From: an uncultured Gaiellaceae bacterium
GTDB taxonomy: Bacteria > Actinomycetota > Thermoleophilia > Gaiellales > Gaiellaceae
Direction of reading: 5' to 3'
DNA length: 64,000 nt
Assembly (NCBI GenBank): GCA_963736935.1
Contig: CAVTQX010000004.1
Location: 11,838 to 75,837, forward strand
Shown: positions 1 to 7,685 of the stretch, piece by piece
Numbering within the stretch: the stretch's first letter is position 1
How the letters are laid out: the number at the start of each line of letters is the position of its first letter
Translations under genes and position numbers: made by a program
Notes under the pieces: model-generated
What the model saw: the letters and a program-made list of their open reading frames with translations, nothing else
What the model was told of the DNA's origin: nothing
Databases searched by the model: none

Positions 1-1617
1 GACGGCATGCAACTGAGAAGCGTAGTGTAGGGTTTTTCAAGCTCGCACGCTCATGAGCGCCCGGGAGATTGACCCAGTATCCGGGCGAGGTTTTACTTGA
101 CTATTGCTAGTAGATACTGTGACTCCCCATGTTGTTCTAGTCAAACAGGCTCGAGGCACCATCGTTGCGTTGACACTGATGGAGGAGCCCCATGGCCAAG
201 CCTGATGACCTGTCCAAACCCCTCGTCGCTCTCGACCATGATAGCACGCTGGTGTGCGTGATCGAGATGAGCGGCACGTCCTGGCTGGTGGCGGCGACGG
301 TGCCGGGAGTGGACCGGCGTCCGCTGCAGAAGCTGCCGGTCAACCCGGCGCGCCTGCTCGACGCAGGTGGAGCGCTGGCGCAAGGAGGCGGCGCGGGCCG
401 GTCGGACGATCACGCGCACGGTGGTGGCGTATGAATCCGGACGTGACGGGTTCTGGCTGGCCCGGCTGCTGCAAGGACACGGGATTGAGGTTTATGTCAT
501 TCACGCCAGCAGCGTCGCCGTGTCGCGCGAGCAGCGCCGGGCCAAGACCGACCGGCTCGACACCGAGATGCTGATGCGCGCGCTGCTCGGCTGGCTGCGC
601 GGCGAGCCGGGGCACTGCCGGATGGTGGCGATCCCGACGGTCGCCCAGGAGGATGCGCAGGCGACCGGGGCGCGAGCGCGAGGGGCTGGTCGCCGAGCGC
701 ACCCGGGTGACCAACACGATCAAGGCGGAGCTGGCGCTGTGGGGCATCCAGGGCTTCAAGCCGGGCCTGAAGAAGGCCGCGGAGCATCTGGAAGCCCTGC
801 GCACGGTTGAGGGCGAGCCGCTGCCGCCCAACACGCTGGCCAAGCTGCACCGCCTGCTGAAGCGGCGCCGCTCTGATCAGCGAGCAGATCAAGGCGATCG
901 AACAGGCTGCCGCCCAGGCGGTCGAGCGCGATCCGACCGGGCCGAACGCCCTGGTCCTGCTGCTGGCCCAGATCAAGGGCATTGGCCTGGAGACGGCGCA
1001 GATGCTGGTGTCACGAGGTGCTGTCGCGCAATCTGCGCGACCGGCGCGCGGTGGCCCGCTACGCCGGCCTGACCGGCACGCCGGATGAGAGCGGCTCAAA
1101 GCGGCGCGACAAGGGGATCAGCAAGGCGGGCAACCCGCGGGTGCGCTGCGGCATGATCCAGCTGGCCTGGCGCTTTCTGATGTTCCAGCCGGACGCGGCG
1201 CTGGTCCGGTGGTACAAGGAGCGGACCGCCGGCGCCAGGGGCGGCGTCCGCAAGACCCTGATCGTGGCGCTGGCGCGCAAGCTGCTGATCGCGTTGTGGA
1301 GCTATGCCGCCGACGGCGTGATGCCGGAGGGCGTCGTGCTCAAGGCCGCCTGACCTTCCGTCTCCGACCCCACACCGGAGACACCCGAGCACGGCTGACC
1401 GGCAGCCCGGTGGGCCGGCGTGACCGAGGTGGGTGGTGTACCGAGTCCCCCATGGGCGCCAAGCCGATCGACAGAATGGTCCCACCCTCCCGGGAGCCTC
1501 GCCTCCGATGCGCATAAAGCATCATGGTCTCCGGCCGCTGCCGGACCGCATACAAGGTTGTCGGATCGCGCGGCGATCCACCAGACGCGAGAGCTCCGCC
1601 TTGGAGCAGCTGCCTCA
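1..1617 (+). mobile_element. IS110-family insertion sequence, decayed; left end at or beyond window edge, right end approximate
   Basis: Transposase-related frames 192-1353 are flanked by non-coding arms (1-191, 1354-1617). Bases 1-130 are clearly AT-richer than the ~70% GC context. The element abuts the abrupt end of the minus-strand gene at 1618. No terminal inverted repeats seen, as is usual for this family. Confidence 0.6.
192..1353 (+). pseudogene. IS110-family (DEDD-type) transposase disrupted by four frame changes
   Basis: ORF fragments 192-434, 367-810, 653-1072 and 982-1353, plus an unlisted stretch ~873-1010 (LISEQIKAIEQAAAQAVERDPTGPNALVLLLAQIKGIGLETAQMLV), join into one IS110-like protein. 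Recognisable segments: LVALDHDSTLVCVIEMSG, VAYESGRDGFWLARLL, RRAKTDRLDTEML, YAGLTGTPDESGSKRRDKGISKAGNPRVR. The frame moves 0>1>2>0>1 near 365, 655, 870 and 1010. SD GGAGGAG lies 4 nt before ATG 192. Confidence 0.85.
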
Positions 1618-2472
1618 CTAAGCTGGCCAGTCATCGCGGCGGACGAGCGGCGTTCGCCCTGGAGCGGCGACCGACTCGAGCACGTAGATCGACCCGTCGT
1701 CGCCCAGCGCCATGTCGGCGAGGCGGCCGTCGATCGCGAGCGCCACTCGCGCGGGGCCTGAGCCGTCCCGGCCCCAGCGCAGAGCACGCCTGTGTGCCTC
1801 GTCGAGGAGGAGGACGGATCCGTCGTCGTCCACGTCGAACGCCGTCGCGCCGATCGCTGGCAGGTTGCGCCCGGGTTCGAGTCCCACACTTGCCGGGCCT
1901 TCGCCCCACGTCGTTGTGACGAGCCGAGCTCCGCGACGCGCGGCACCGAACATGTGCACGCCGAGAGCAACCTCCGTCGGATCGAGGAGTGGGAGGGATC
2001 GTTGGGGCGCGTCGGCTCCGCCTCCGGGCACGAGGAGCAGCTCGTCGCTGCCCGCGACTCGAAACTCGGCGTAGTACTGGAACCCGTCACTGCTAGCAGC
2101 GATCTCGCGTGGCACCGTCGCCGTCAGCTGTCGGATTCCATCGTTCGAGGAACGCTCGAGCTGCAGCGCACGGAACGGCCCGTGCGCGCCGGTGCGGAGA
2201 TGGACCGTTCCACCGACTGCGCAGGCGCGCTCGGGATCCTCGATGCCGTCGGGCGAACAGTGGACGTCGTAGACGAGAGGAACGCGCTCACCAGGAAGCG
2301 TCAGGAGCGGAGGCAGGTGGGTCGCGTCGAAGACCGCGCGAGCGCCTGTCGTCGATTGGCGGGCGACAGCCGTGGCGGCGACGGTTGCGACGAGCACCGC
2401 GAGGGCGCATCCGGCGGCAATGCCCGCAAGCGCCGAGGCGAATCTGCGACGGTCGAGGGAGTATCTCCGCAC
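1618..2472 (-). CDS. hypothetical exported/membrane-anchored protein, probably 3'-truncated at the IS junction
   Basis: 284-aa ORF with an Arg-rich N-terminus followed by a hydrophobic helix (FASALAGIAAGCALAVLVATVAATAVA). SD GGAGGAG lies upstream of GTG 2472. The frame terminates exactly where IS-derived sequence begins. Confidence 0.55.
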   Translation of the reverse strand: MRRYSLDRRRFASALAGIAAGCALAVLVATVAATAVARQSTTGARAVFDATHLPPLLTLPGERVPLVYDVHCSPDGIEDPERACAVGGTVHLRTGAHGPFRALQLERSSNDGIRQLTATVPREIAASSDGFQYYAEFRVAGSDELLLVPGGGADAPQRSLPLLDPTEVALGVHMFGAARRGARLVTTTWGEGPASVGLEPGRNLPAIGATAFDVDDDGSVLLLDEAHRRALRWGRDGSGPARVALAIDGRLADMALGDDGSIYVLESVAAPGRTPLVRRDDWPA

Positions 2473-2481
2473 CTTGCTCCT

Positions 2482-2503
2482 CCGTTGTCCGATACGACAA
2501 CGG
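2482..2503 (-). promoter_or_regulatory. perfect stem-loop between WYL-regulator gene and next gene (terminator or translational element)
   Basis: 8-bp stem CCGTTGTC/GACAACGG with a 6-nt loop, about 70 nt downstream of the stop at 2574 on the minus strand and immediately 5' of the GGAGGAG SD of the gene starting at 2472. No U-tract. Confidence 0.3.
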
Positions 2504-2573
2504 TAGCGCGTGGAGACCGCTCGGAATCCCGCCGAGACACATCCGGCGCGATGTCGTGACCCTCAGGTGAGGA

Positions 2574-4583
2574 TCAGCGTCTGCTCGGAACGCGGCCGAG
2601 TTCGCGCTGCAGGCGACGAGCGCGCTTTGCGACGACGTCGCGCAGGCGTTGCGGCTCGAGGACGGTCGTCTCGCCACGATCGGCGAGGACCTCGGAGAGG
2701 AGCCACTCCTCCGTCTTGAACGGCACGTCGGTGATCGCGGACCCATCGGTCAGCGCCCGGGCGCCGCGCTCGAGCTTCCAGCGAGCGATCGCCGGCGAGT
2801 GCAGAAGGCGGGCGACGCGTGGGTTGTGTAGGTACGAGGGGTCGAAACCCACGCGCACCTCGAACTGCGTGTCCGTGATTCGTGCCGAGCGCATCCGGTC
2901 GAGCCGGAACGTCCGCGCCCCGTCGACGCTCAGATCCCAGGTGTGTACACGCCATACGGGTAGCTCACGCTCGATGGTGTACGGCTCCACGTGGCGTAGG
3001 CTCGGCGCGTCTTCGCCGTCCTTCATGTACTCGATCTCGACGACGCGCCGCTTGTCCACGCCGTCGCTCAGCACCTTGACGAGCGACTCCTCGGCCGACG
3101 TATCGCTGGGCTGTGGCGTCCCGGCGAGGTCGAAGCGACCGAACGTCTCCTCGAGCTTCTTCCGGACGCGCTTGAGCGGTGTGTGCGCATCCGCGGCGAT
3201 GGTCGGCCCGACGTACTCGATCGCGAGCCTGATCGCTCGCGCCTCGAGCGGCGTGAGCTTCGGCGGTCGCCGGAACACGTCGCCGTAGAGCTCCTTCTCG
3301 ATGCGGACGACCTCACCGTCGTGTTCGGCATACACCGCGTAGCAGCCTCCGCCGAAGTTGACGAGGTTCAAGAGGGAGAGGTGGTCCTGGAGCTCTTCGA
3401 GCGGGATCGAGAACCGGCTCGCCACCTCCTCTGCCGGCAACGTCGCCGACCGTTCGTCGCCGCAGGCGGCGAGCAGGTGCGCGAGCAGAGCCTGGAGAAC
3501 GCCGAAGCGCTCCGGCGCGACCGGGCCCACCGGGCGCTCGGGCAGCGGTTGACGCGGATCCGAGCGTTTCGGGCCGGCGACGGGGGGCGCATCACCGTCA
3601 TGGCTCGCCTCGAGCGTCGCGAGCGCCTCGCTCACGGACTCGATCAGCTCGTCCGGCTCGAGCGGCACGGCCCGTCCGTTCTGACGGAGGACCCAGCCGG
3701 CGAGAAGCTCGACGTTCGCGAACTCGGTCTCGAAGACGCCGTCCTCGACGGTTCCGGCATCCGGGAGCGTGCGCTCGACCCACCAGGCGGTATCGGCAGA
3801 GACCGCGATCCGCGCGCGCCCGACGAGCTCGCCGATCTGCCAGGGGCGCGGGACCCGATGCTGCTCGACGTCGAAATCCGCCGGAGTCCGGAAGTCGCGC
3901 TCCCGGCGCGTGGCAAAACGGATGTCGCCGCGGATGCGCGACACCTTGAACGTTCGCGTCGTGTCGCGGTCGAGGTCGTGGCCGACGACGTACCAGTTGC
4001 CGTCGTCCAGTCTGAGCGCGTACGGGTTGACCGCGCGCTCGCCGGGCCTCGTGCGGCGGGGGCTCCAGTAGCCGAAGCGGACGGTGCGTTGCTTGGAGAT
4101 CGCCGACTCGAGCTTGTTGAGCCGACCCGCGAGCTCGGGGGAGTAGTCGGGCGCGCTGACGCGTACACGCTCGGCCGTGTCCGTCTGCGGCTCCAAGAAG
4201 CCGGCTCGTCCGAGCGCGAGGTTCTGGAGTGCGAGTCGGAAGGGTTCCGAGTATGCGAACTTGCCCTCCAGGTAGTAGAGCGCGGTCTGGAGAGCGGCGA
4301 GCTCGTCGTCGTCGAGGTCGAGCCGGTCGAGGAAGTAGTTCTCCGAGCGGAGCGTGTACAGCTCCTCGCCGGTGAACTCGTCTCTCTGAGACTGGAGCGG
4401 CACGCCGAGCGCGGTCAGTTCGGCGCGGTCCGAGTAGAAGCGGCGCGCGAATGCCTCGTCCGACATCTCGCTGTAGCCCTCGACGTTCGACTTCACATCG
4501 CGAGCGGTGAGCAGTCGTCGCTCCGCCATGAGGAAGGCGACCAGCGACAGCTGGCGGATCAGCTTGTCCGCGTCGTGTGACAT
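2574..4583 (-). CDS. fused PafB/PafC-like transcriptional regulator (two tandem HTH-WYL modules)
   Basis: 669-aa ORF with two repeats of winged-HTH plus WYL-type domain. First module: LIRQLSLVAFLMAE ... RTVRFGYWSPRRTRPGERAVNPYALRLDDGNWYVVGHD. Second module: LSLLNLVNFGGG ... VVEIEYMKDGEDAPSLRHVEPYTIERELPVWRVHTWD. This is the PafBC-type architecture. Confidence 0.7.
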   Translation of the reverse strand: MSHDADKLIRQLSLVAFLMAERRLLTARDVKSNVEGYSEMSDEAFARRFYSDRAELTALGVPLQSQRDEFTGEELYTLRSENYFLDRLDLDDDELAALQTALYYLEGKFAYSEPFRLALQNLALGRAGFLEPQTDTAERVRVSAPDYSPELAGRLNKLESAISKQRTVRFGYWSPRRTRPGERAVNPYALRLDDGNWYVVGHDLDRDTTRTFKVSRIRGDIRFATRRERDFRTPADFDVEQHRVPRPWQIGELVGRARIAVSADTAWWVERTLPDAGTVEDGVFETEFANVELLAGWVLRQNGRAVPLEPDELIESVSEALATLEASHDGDAPPVAGPKRSDPRQPLPERPVGPVAPERFGVLQALLAHLLAACGDERSATLPAEEVASRFSIPLEELQDHLSLLNLVNFGGGCYAVYAEHDGEVVRIEKELYGDVFRRPPKLTPLEARAIRLAIEYVGPTIAADAHTPLKRVRKKLEETFGRFDLAGTPQPSDTSAEESLVKVLSDGVDKRRVVEIEYMKDGEDAPSLRHVEPYTIERELPVWRVHTWDLSVDGARTFRLDRMRSARITDTQFEVRVGFDPSYLHNPRVARLLHSPAIARWKLERGARALTDGSAITDVPFKTEEWLLSEVLADRGETTVLEPQRLRDVVAKRARRLQRELGRVPSRR

Positions 4584-4592
4584 CGAGTCACG

Positions 4593-4598
4593 AGCCTA
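4593..4598 (-). promoter_or_regulatory. -10-like hexamer TAGGCT 9 nt upstream of the regulator ATG (near-leaderless)
   Basis: Minus-strand reading is GCTAGGCTcgtgactcgATG. It fits the TANNNT pattern recurring before operon-leading genes in this window. Confidence 0.35.
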
Positions 4599-4646
4599 GC
4601 GGTTGAGGCCTGCGGGGAGAGATGAGACTTCGAGCGCTCTAGCGGG

Positions 4647-5099
4647 CTAGGCGGCGACCGTCGTCGCGTGCTCGAGATGCTGATGCGACGGGCAGTAGTC
4701 ACGGCCTGGGAGGGGTGTCCGCTGACACGCCTTCCCCTTCCGCGTCGTCGCGTGGCAGCGGGCGACGCCACCGTCGAGGAGCCCTGCCTCGACCTGCTGC
4801 TCGATGAACGACGTCGCGGCGCCCACACCCTCCCGAACCGCCCACGCGACCTGTGCCTGGGCCCTGATCGGGAAGTAGCGCCTGATGTCGGCGAAGAGAG
4901 CGCGGTCGGGGCGTGCGAAGTAGTGCGGATCCTCGGCGAGGCGCGTCATGGTGCGCTCGCATTCGACGAGCACCTCGCGTCGGTAGCCGACCTGCTCCTC
5001 GCGCGTCGCATACGGGTCGATCAGATCCTTGATCGAGCGATAGATCGCTCGCGAGTATTGATACATACAGGAGCGAAGTTGGGCTGCGTGATCGTCCAA
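4647..5099 (-). CDS. hypothetical protein with C-terminal C-x9-C-x10-C-x2-H putative zinc motif
   Basis: 150-aa ORF with coding-like composition. C-terminus is CHATTRKGKACQRTPLPGRDYCPSHQH. Start is uncertain (TTG 5099 or ATG 5066). Confidence 0.5.
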   Translation of the reverse strand: MDDHAAQLRSCMYQYSRAIYRSIKDLIDPYATREEQVGYRREVLVECERTMTRLAEDPHYFARPDRALFADIRRYFPIRAQAQVAWAVREGVGAATSFIEQQVEAGLLDGGVARCHATTRKGKACQRTPLPGRDYCPSHQHLEHATTVAA

Positions 5100-5140
5100 G
5101 GGACCTACGCCGATCTCCCCGAATTACCAATTGCTGGGCG

Positions 5141-5165
5141 GAAAACACGCGACGCCGAACGTCGC
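5141..5165 (-). terminator. intrinsic terminator candidate downstream of the SPOR-domain gene
   Basis: Minus strand reads GCGACG-ttcgg-CGTCGC followed by GTGTTTTCC: a 6-bp GC stem, 5-nt loop and T-rich tail, 78 nt after the stop at 5243. Confidence 0.5.
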
Positions 5166-5242
5166 AGGGGCCAGTGTAGCGTCTTTTCGACCGTGTTACA
5201 AAGTCGGGGGTGGTGGCAGTCGCCCTCGAAGGCAACAGAGAG

Positions 5243-5797
5243 TCAAGGCACGACCCGGCGCACGCTTGCAGAGCGCGCGAAGCGACGCGCGTCCTCGAGA
5301 GCGCTGGTGGCCTCGGCCTCGCTCGCGTAGATCCCCGAGAAAACGATCCAGTACCCCGGGTGAAGGCTGGCGTAGCGCGACGAGTCGAGCAGACCCACGG
5401 CTGTGAGTCCCTTCGCGCGCGCCGCCCGTGCGCGGGCGAGCGCCGGCGCACGGCCACCGGTCTGGGGAAGCGAGGCGAGGGCGATGGTCCAACCGTCCTC
5501 GCCGACCGGCCACTCGGCGACGCCGGAGGCGTTCTCCGGCGCCTCGCCGTTGGCCGGCTTCGGACTCTCCGCAAAACCGCCGATCGCGGTCTCGATCGTC
5601 GCGCTTCCCCCGTCGCTGCCGGTCGCCGCGATCGCGCCGACTGCTGCGATGACCGCGGCGGCAGCGGCGACGGTCGAGCGTCGGCTCCAACTCGACCCCC
5701 AGCCCGGGGTGCCGCGCACCGCCGACACCCTTGCGCCACACTCGAGGCAATACTCCTGTCGCGCGGCGAGCGGCTCGCGGCAGCGCGGACACGTCAT
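5243..5797 (-). CDS. zinc-ribbon / single-TM / SPOR-domain protein
   Basis: Internal ATG 5797 gives MTCPRCREPLAARQEYCLECG (CxxC-x11-CxxC), then a TM helix (VAAAAAVIAAVGAIAA). The C-terminus is SPOR-like: GWTIALASLPQ...ARAARAKGLTAVGLLDSS...GYWIVFSGIYASEAEATSALEDARR. ATGA overlap with the upstream gene. Confidence 0.65.
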   Translation of the reverse strand: MTCPRCREPLAARQEYCLECGARVSAVRGTPGWGSSWSRRSTVAAAAAVIAAVGAIAATGSDGGSATIETAIGGFAESPKPANGEAPENASGVAEWPVGEDGWTIALASLPQTGGRAPALARARAARAKGLTAVGLLDSSRYASLHPGYWIVFSGIYASEAEATSALEDARRFARSASVRRVVP

Positions 5798-6198
5798 CCG
5801 ACGGCGTCCGACCCGGCCGGGCGCGTGTCGGAGGCGGGACTGCCGCCCAACGTGCGGCCGCAGCTGGCGCAGAAGCGCGCGCCGAGCAGTATCGGCGCGC
5901 CGCAGATGCACACCGCCCCGCCGCCACCGCGGCGAATGCGCGCCGTCCCGTCGAGGAGCGAGTCGATCTCCTGCACGCGCACCTCGATCGCGACGAGCTC
6001 GGCGCAACGCTCGACGACGAGGCCTGCATTGAAGCGGTCGCGCTTGTACATCTCGAGTGCGAGCCCGCCGAGGTCCCTGAGCCTTTCCTCGCGTACCTCG
6101 AGGAGGGCCTTTCGCTCGCGCTTGAGCTCTCGCGCCGGGGGGACGTCGTAGCCGCCGGGTGTCGTGGAGGTCGTCGAGGAGTCGGCCATCGCCGGCAC
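5794..6198 (-). CDS. coiled-coil protein with C-terminal zinc-ribbon
   Basis: 134-aa ORF with a charged helical segment (RELKRERKALLEVREERLRDLGGLALEMYK) and C-terminal CICGAPILLGARFCASCG. Starts 1 nt after the ALDH stop. Confidence 0.55.
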   Translation of the reverse strand: MPAMADSSTTSTTPGGYDVPPARELKRERKALLEVREERLRDLGGLALEMYKRDRFNAGLVVERCAELVAIEVRVQEIDSLLDGTARIRRGGGGAVCICGAPILLGARFCASCGRTLGGSPASDTRPAGSDAVG

Positions 6199-6199
6199 G

Positions 6200-7627
6200 T
6201 TAGAGCTGGAGGACGACGAGACGTTCTTCGGTCATCTCACGCACCGCGTACGCGGGGCCTTCGCGCGTGTTCCCCGAGTCCTTCACGCCGCCGTACGGCA
6301 TCTGGTCGGCCCGGAACGTCGGCGCCTCGTTGATGGTGACCCCGCCGAACTCGAGCGCGGCCGCCGCTCGGAGCGCGGCCTTGACGTCGGTGGTGAAGAT
6401 CCCGGCCTGGAGCCCGAAGCGCGTGCCGTTCGCAAGCGCGATCGCCTCGTCGAGCGACTCGAATGCCGTGACCGTGCAGAGGGGCCCGAAGACCTCCTCG
6501 CACGAGACCTTCGCATCAGGAGGCGCGTCCACGATCACGGTCGGTCGCAGGAGCTCGCCGTCGAGCGTGCCGCCGGTGAGGACGCGGGCCCCCTGTGACG
6601 TGGCCTCCTTGATCCACTCGAGAACGCGGTCGCGCTCGCTCGTCGCGATGAGCGGGCCGACGTCGGTCGCGTCGTCGGCAGGATCCCCGACCACGAGCGC
6701 GTCGACACGCGGGAGGAATCGCTCGAGGAACGCGTCGTACGCGGAGCGCTCCACGTAGATCCGCTGGACCGAGATGCAGCTCTGGCCGGCGAAGGAGAAC
6801 GCGTTCGCCGCCAGGCGCATCGCCACGTCGTCGAGGTCGGCGTCAGCGGCGACGATCACGGGAGTCGCATTGCCGAGCTCGAGGTTCACTCGCTTGTGTG
6901 GCGCGCGCTCACGCAGCTTCCAGCCGACACCGGCGGAGCCGGTGAAAGTGATGAGCCTGACGCGCTCGTCGTCGACGAGCACGTCGCCGATCTCCGCGGC
7001 CGACCCGCAGAGGACGTTGAGCCAGCCCGCGGGCAGCCCGGCCTGCGTCTCGAGCTCGGCGAGCAGGAGCGCGGACAGCGGCGTCTGCGATGCCGGCTTG
7101 AGGACGACCGCGCAGCCTGCGGCGAGCGCCGGCGCGACCTTGTGGGCGACGAGGTTGAATGGGAAGTTGAACGGGGAGATCGCTCCGATCACTCCGATCG
7201 GGACGCGGAGCGTCAATGCGACCTTGCCCGCACCTGCAGGCGATGCGTCCATCGGGACCACCTCGCCGGCGAGCGTGCGGGCCTCGACGGCCGCCATCGT
7301 GAACGTGGACGTCGCACGAGCTACTTCGACCTGCGCGGCCTTCATCGGCTTGCCCGCCTCGGACGAAATCGTGCGCGCTATCTCTTCGGAGCGTTCGTCG
7401 ATCAGGCGGGCGGTGCGGTCGAGAATCGCTGCGCGTTCGTGCGCTGGAAGCGGGCTCTGCATCGCGCGCTCTGCGGCCGCGACCGCGGTGCGCGCCTCTT
7501 CCGCTCCTCCCTTCGCCACCCGCGCGACGACCGAGTCGTCGTACGGCGAGCGGACCTCGAGCCATTCGCCCGTCTCGATCCACTCGCCGTCGATCAGGAG
7601 CCGGCGCTCGGTCGCTGTCGTGGCCAC
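6200..7627 (-). CDS. NAD(P)-dependent aldehyde dehydrogenase family protein
   Basis: ALDH motifs are present: FTGSAGVG, catalytic Glu region LELGNATPVIV, catalytic Cys region FSFAGQSCISVQR. The 593-aa ORF was trimmed to GTG 7627 (475 aa) because the extension runs into the divergent thiolase gene and a -10 hexamer sits 6 nt upstream of 7627. Confidence 0.85.
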   Translation of the reverse strand: MATTATERRLLIDGEWIETGEWLEVRSPYDDSVVARVAKGGAEEARTAVAAAERAMQSPLPAHERAAILDRTARLIDERSEEIARTISSEAGKPMKAAQVEVARATSTFTMAAVEARTLAGEVVPMDASPAGAGKVALTLRVPIGVIGAISPFNFPFNLVAHKVAPALAAGCAVVLKPASQTPLSALLLAELETQAGLPAGWLNVLCGSAAEIGDVLVDDERVRLITFTGSAGVGWKLRERAPHKRVNLELGNATPVIVAADADLDDVAMRLAANAFSFAGQSCISVQRIYVERSAYDAFLERFLPRVDALVVGDPADDATDVGPLIATSERDRVLEWIKEATSQGARVLTGGTLDGELLRPTVIVDAPPDAKVSCEEVFGPLCTVTAFESLDEAIALANGTRFGLQAGIFTTDVKAALRAAAALEFGGVTINEAPTFRADQMPYGGVKDSGNTREGPAYAVREMTEERLVVLQL

Positions 7628-7633
7628 GTCGGG

Positions 7634-7678
7634 AGTGTAGTGGTGGGCAAACGGCGCTCCGGGCGTGCGTTCTATGCT
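7634..7678. promoter_or_regulatory. divergent promoter region: -10 TACACT (minus, 7634-7639) and -10 TATGCT (plus, 7673-7678)
   Basis: TACACT lies 6 nt before ALDH GTG 7627. TATGCT lies 7 nt before thiolase ATG 7686. No SD precedes either start. Confidence 0.45.
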
Positions 7679-7685
7679 CTGGGTG

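Noticed and set aside
2574-6198. A PafBC-type damage-response promoter motif (TGTCGG-like box upstream of a -10) near the WYL regulator or the repair genes ogt and nfo.
   Set aside because: Scanning by eye found only isolated TGTCGG/TGTCAG strings (for example near 1558, 2128, 44250 and 44323) without a correctly spaced TANNNT. A proper motif scan is needed before any claim.
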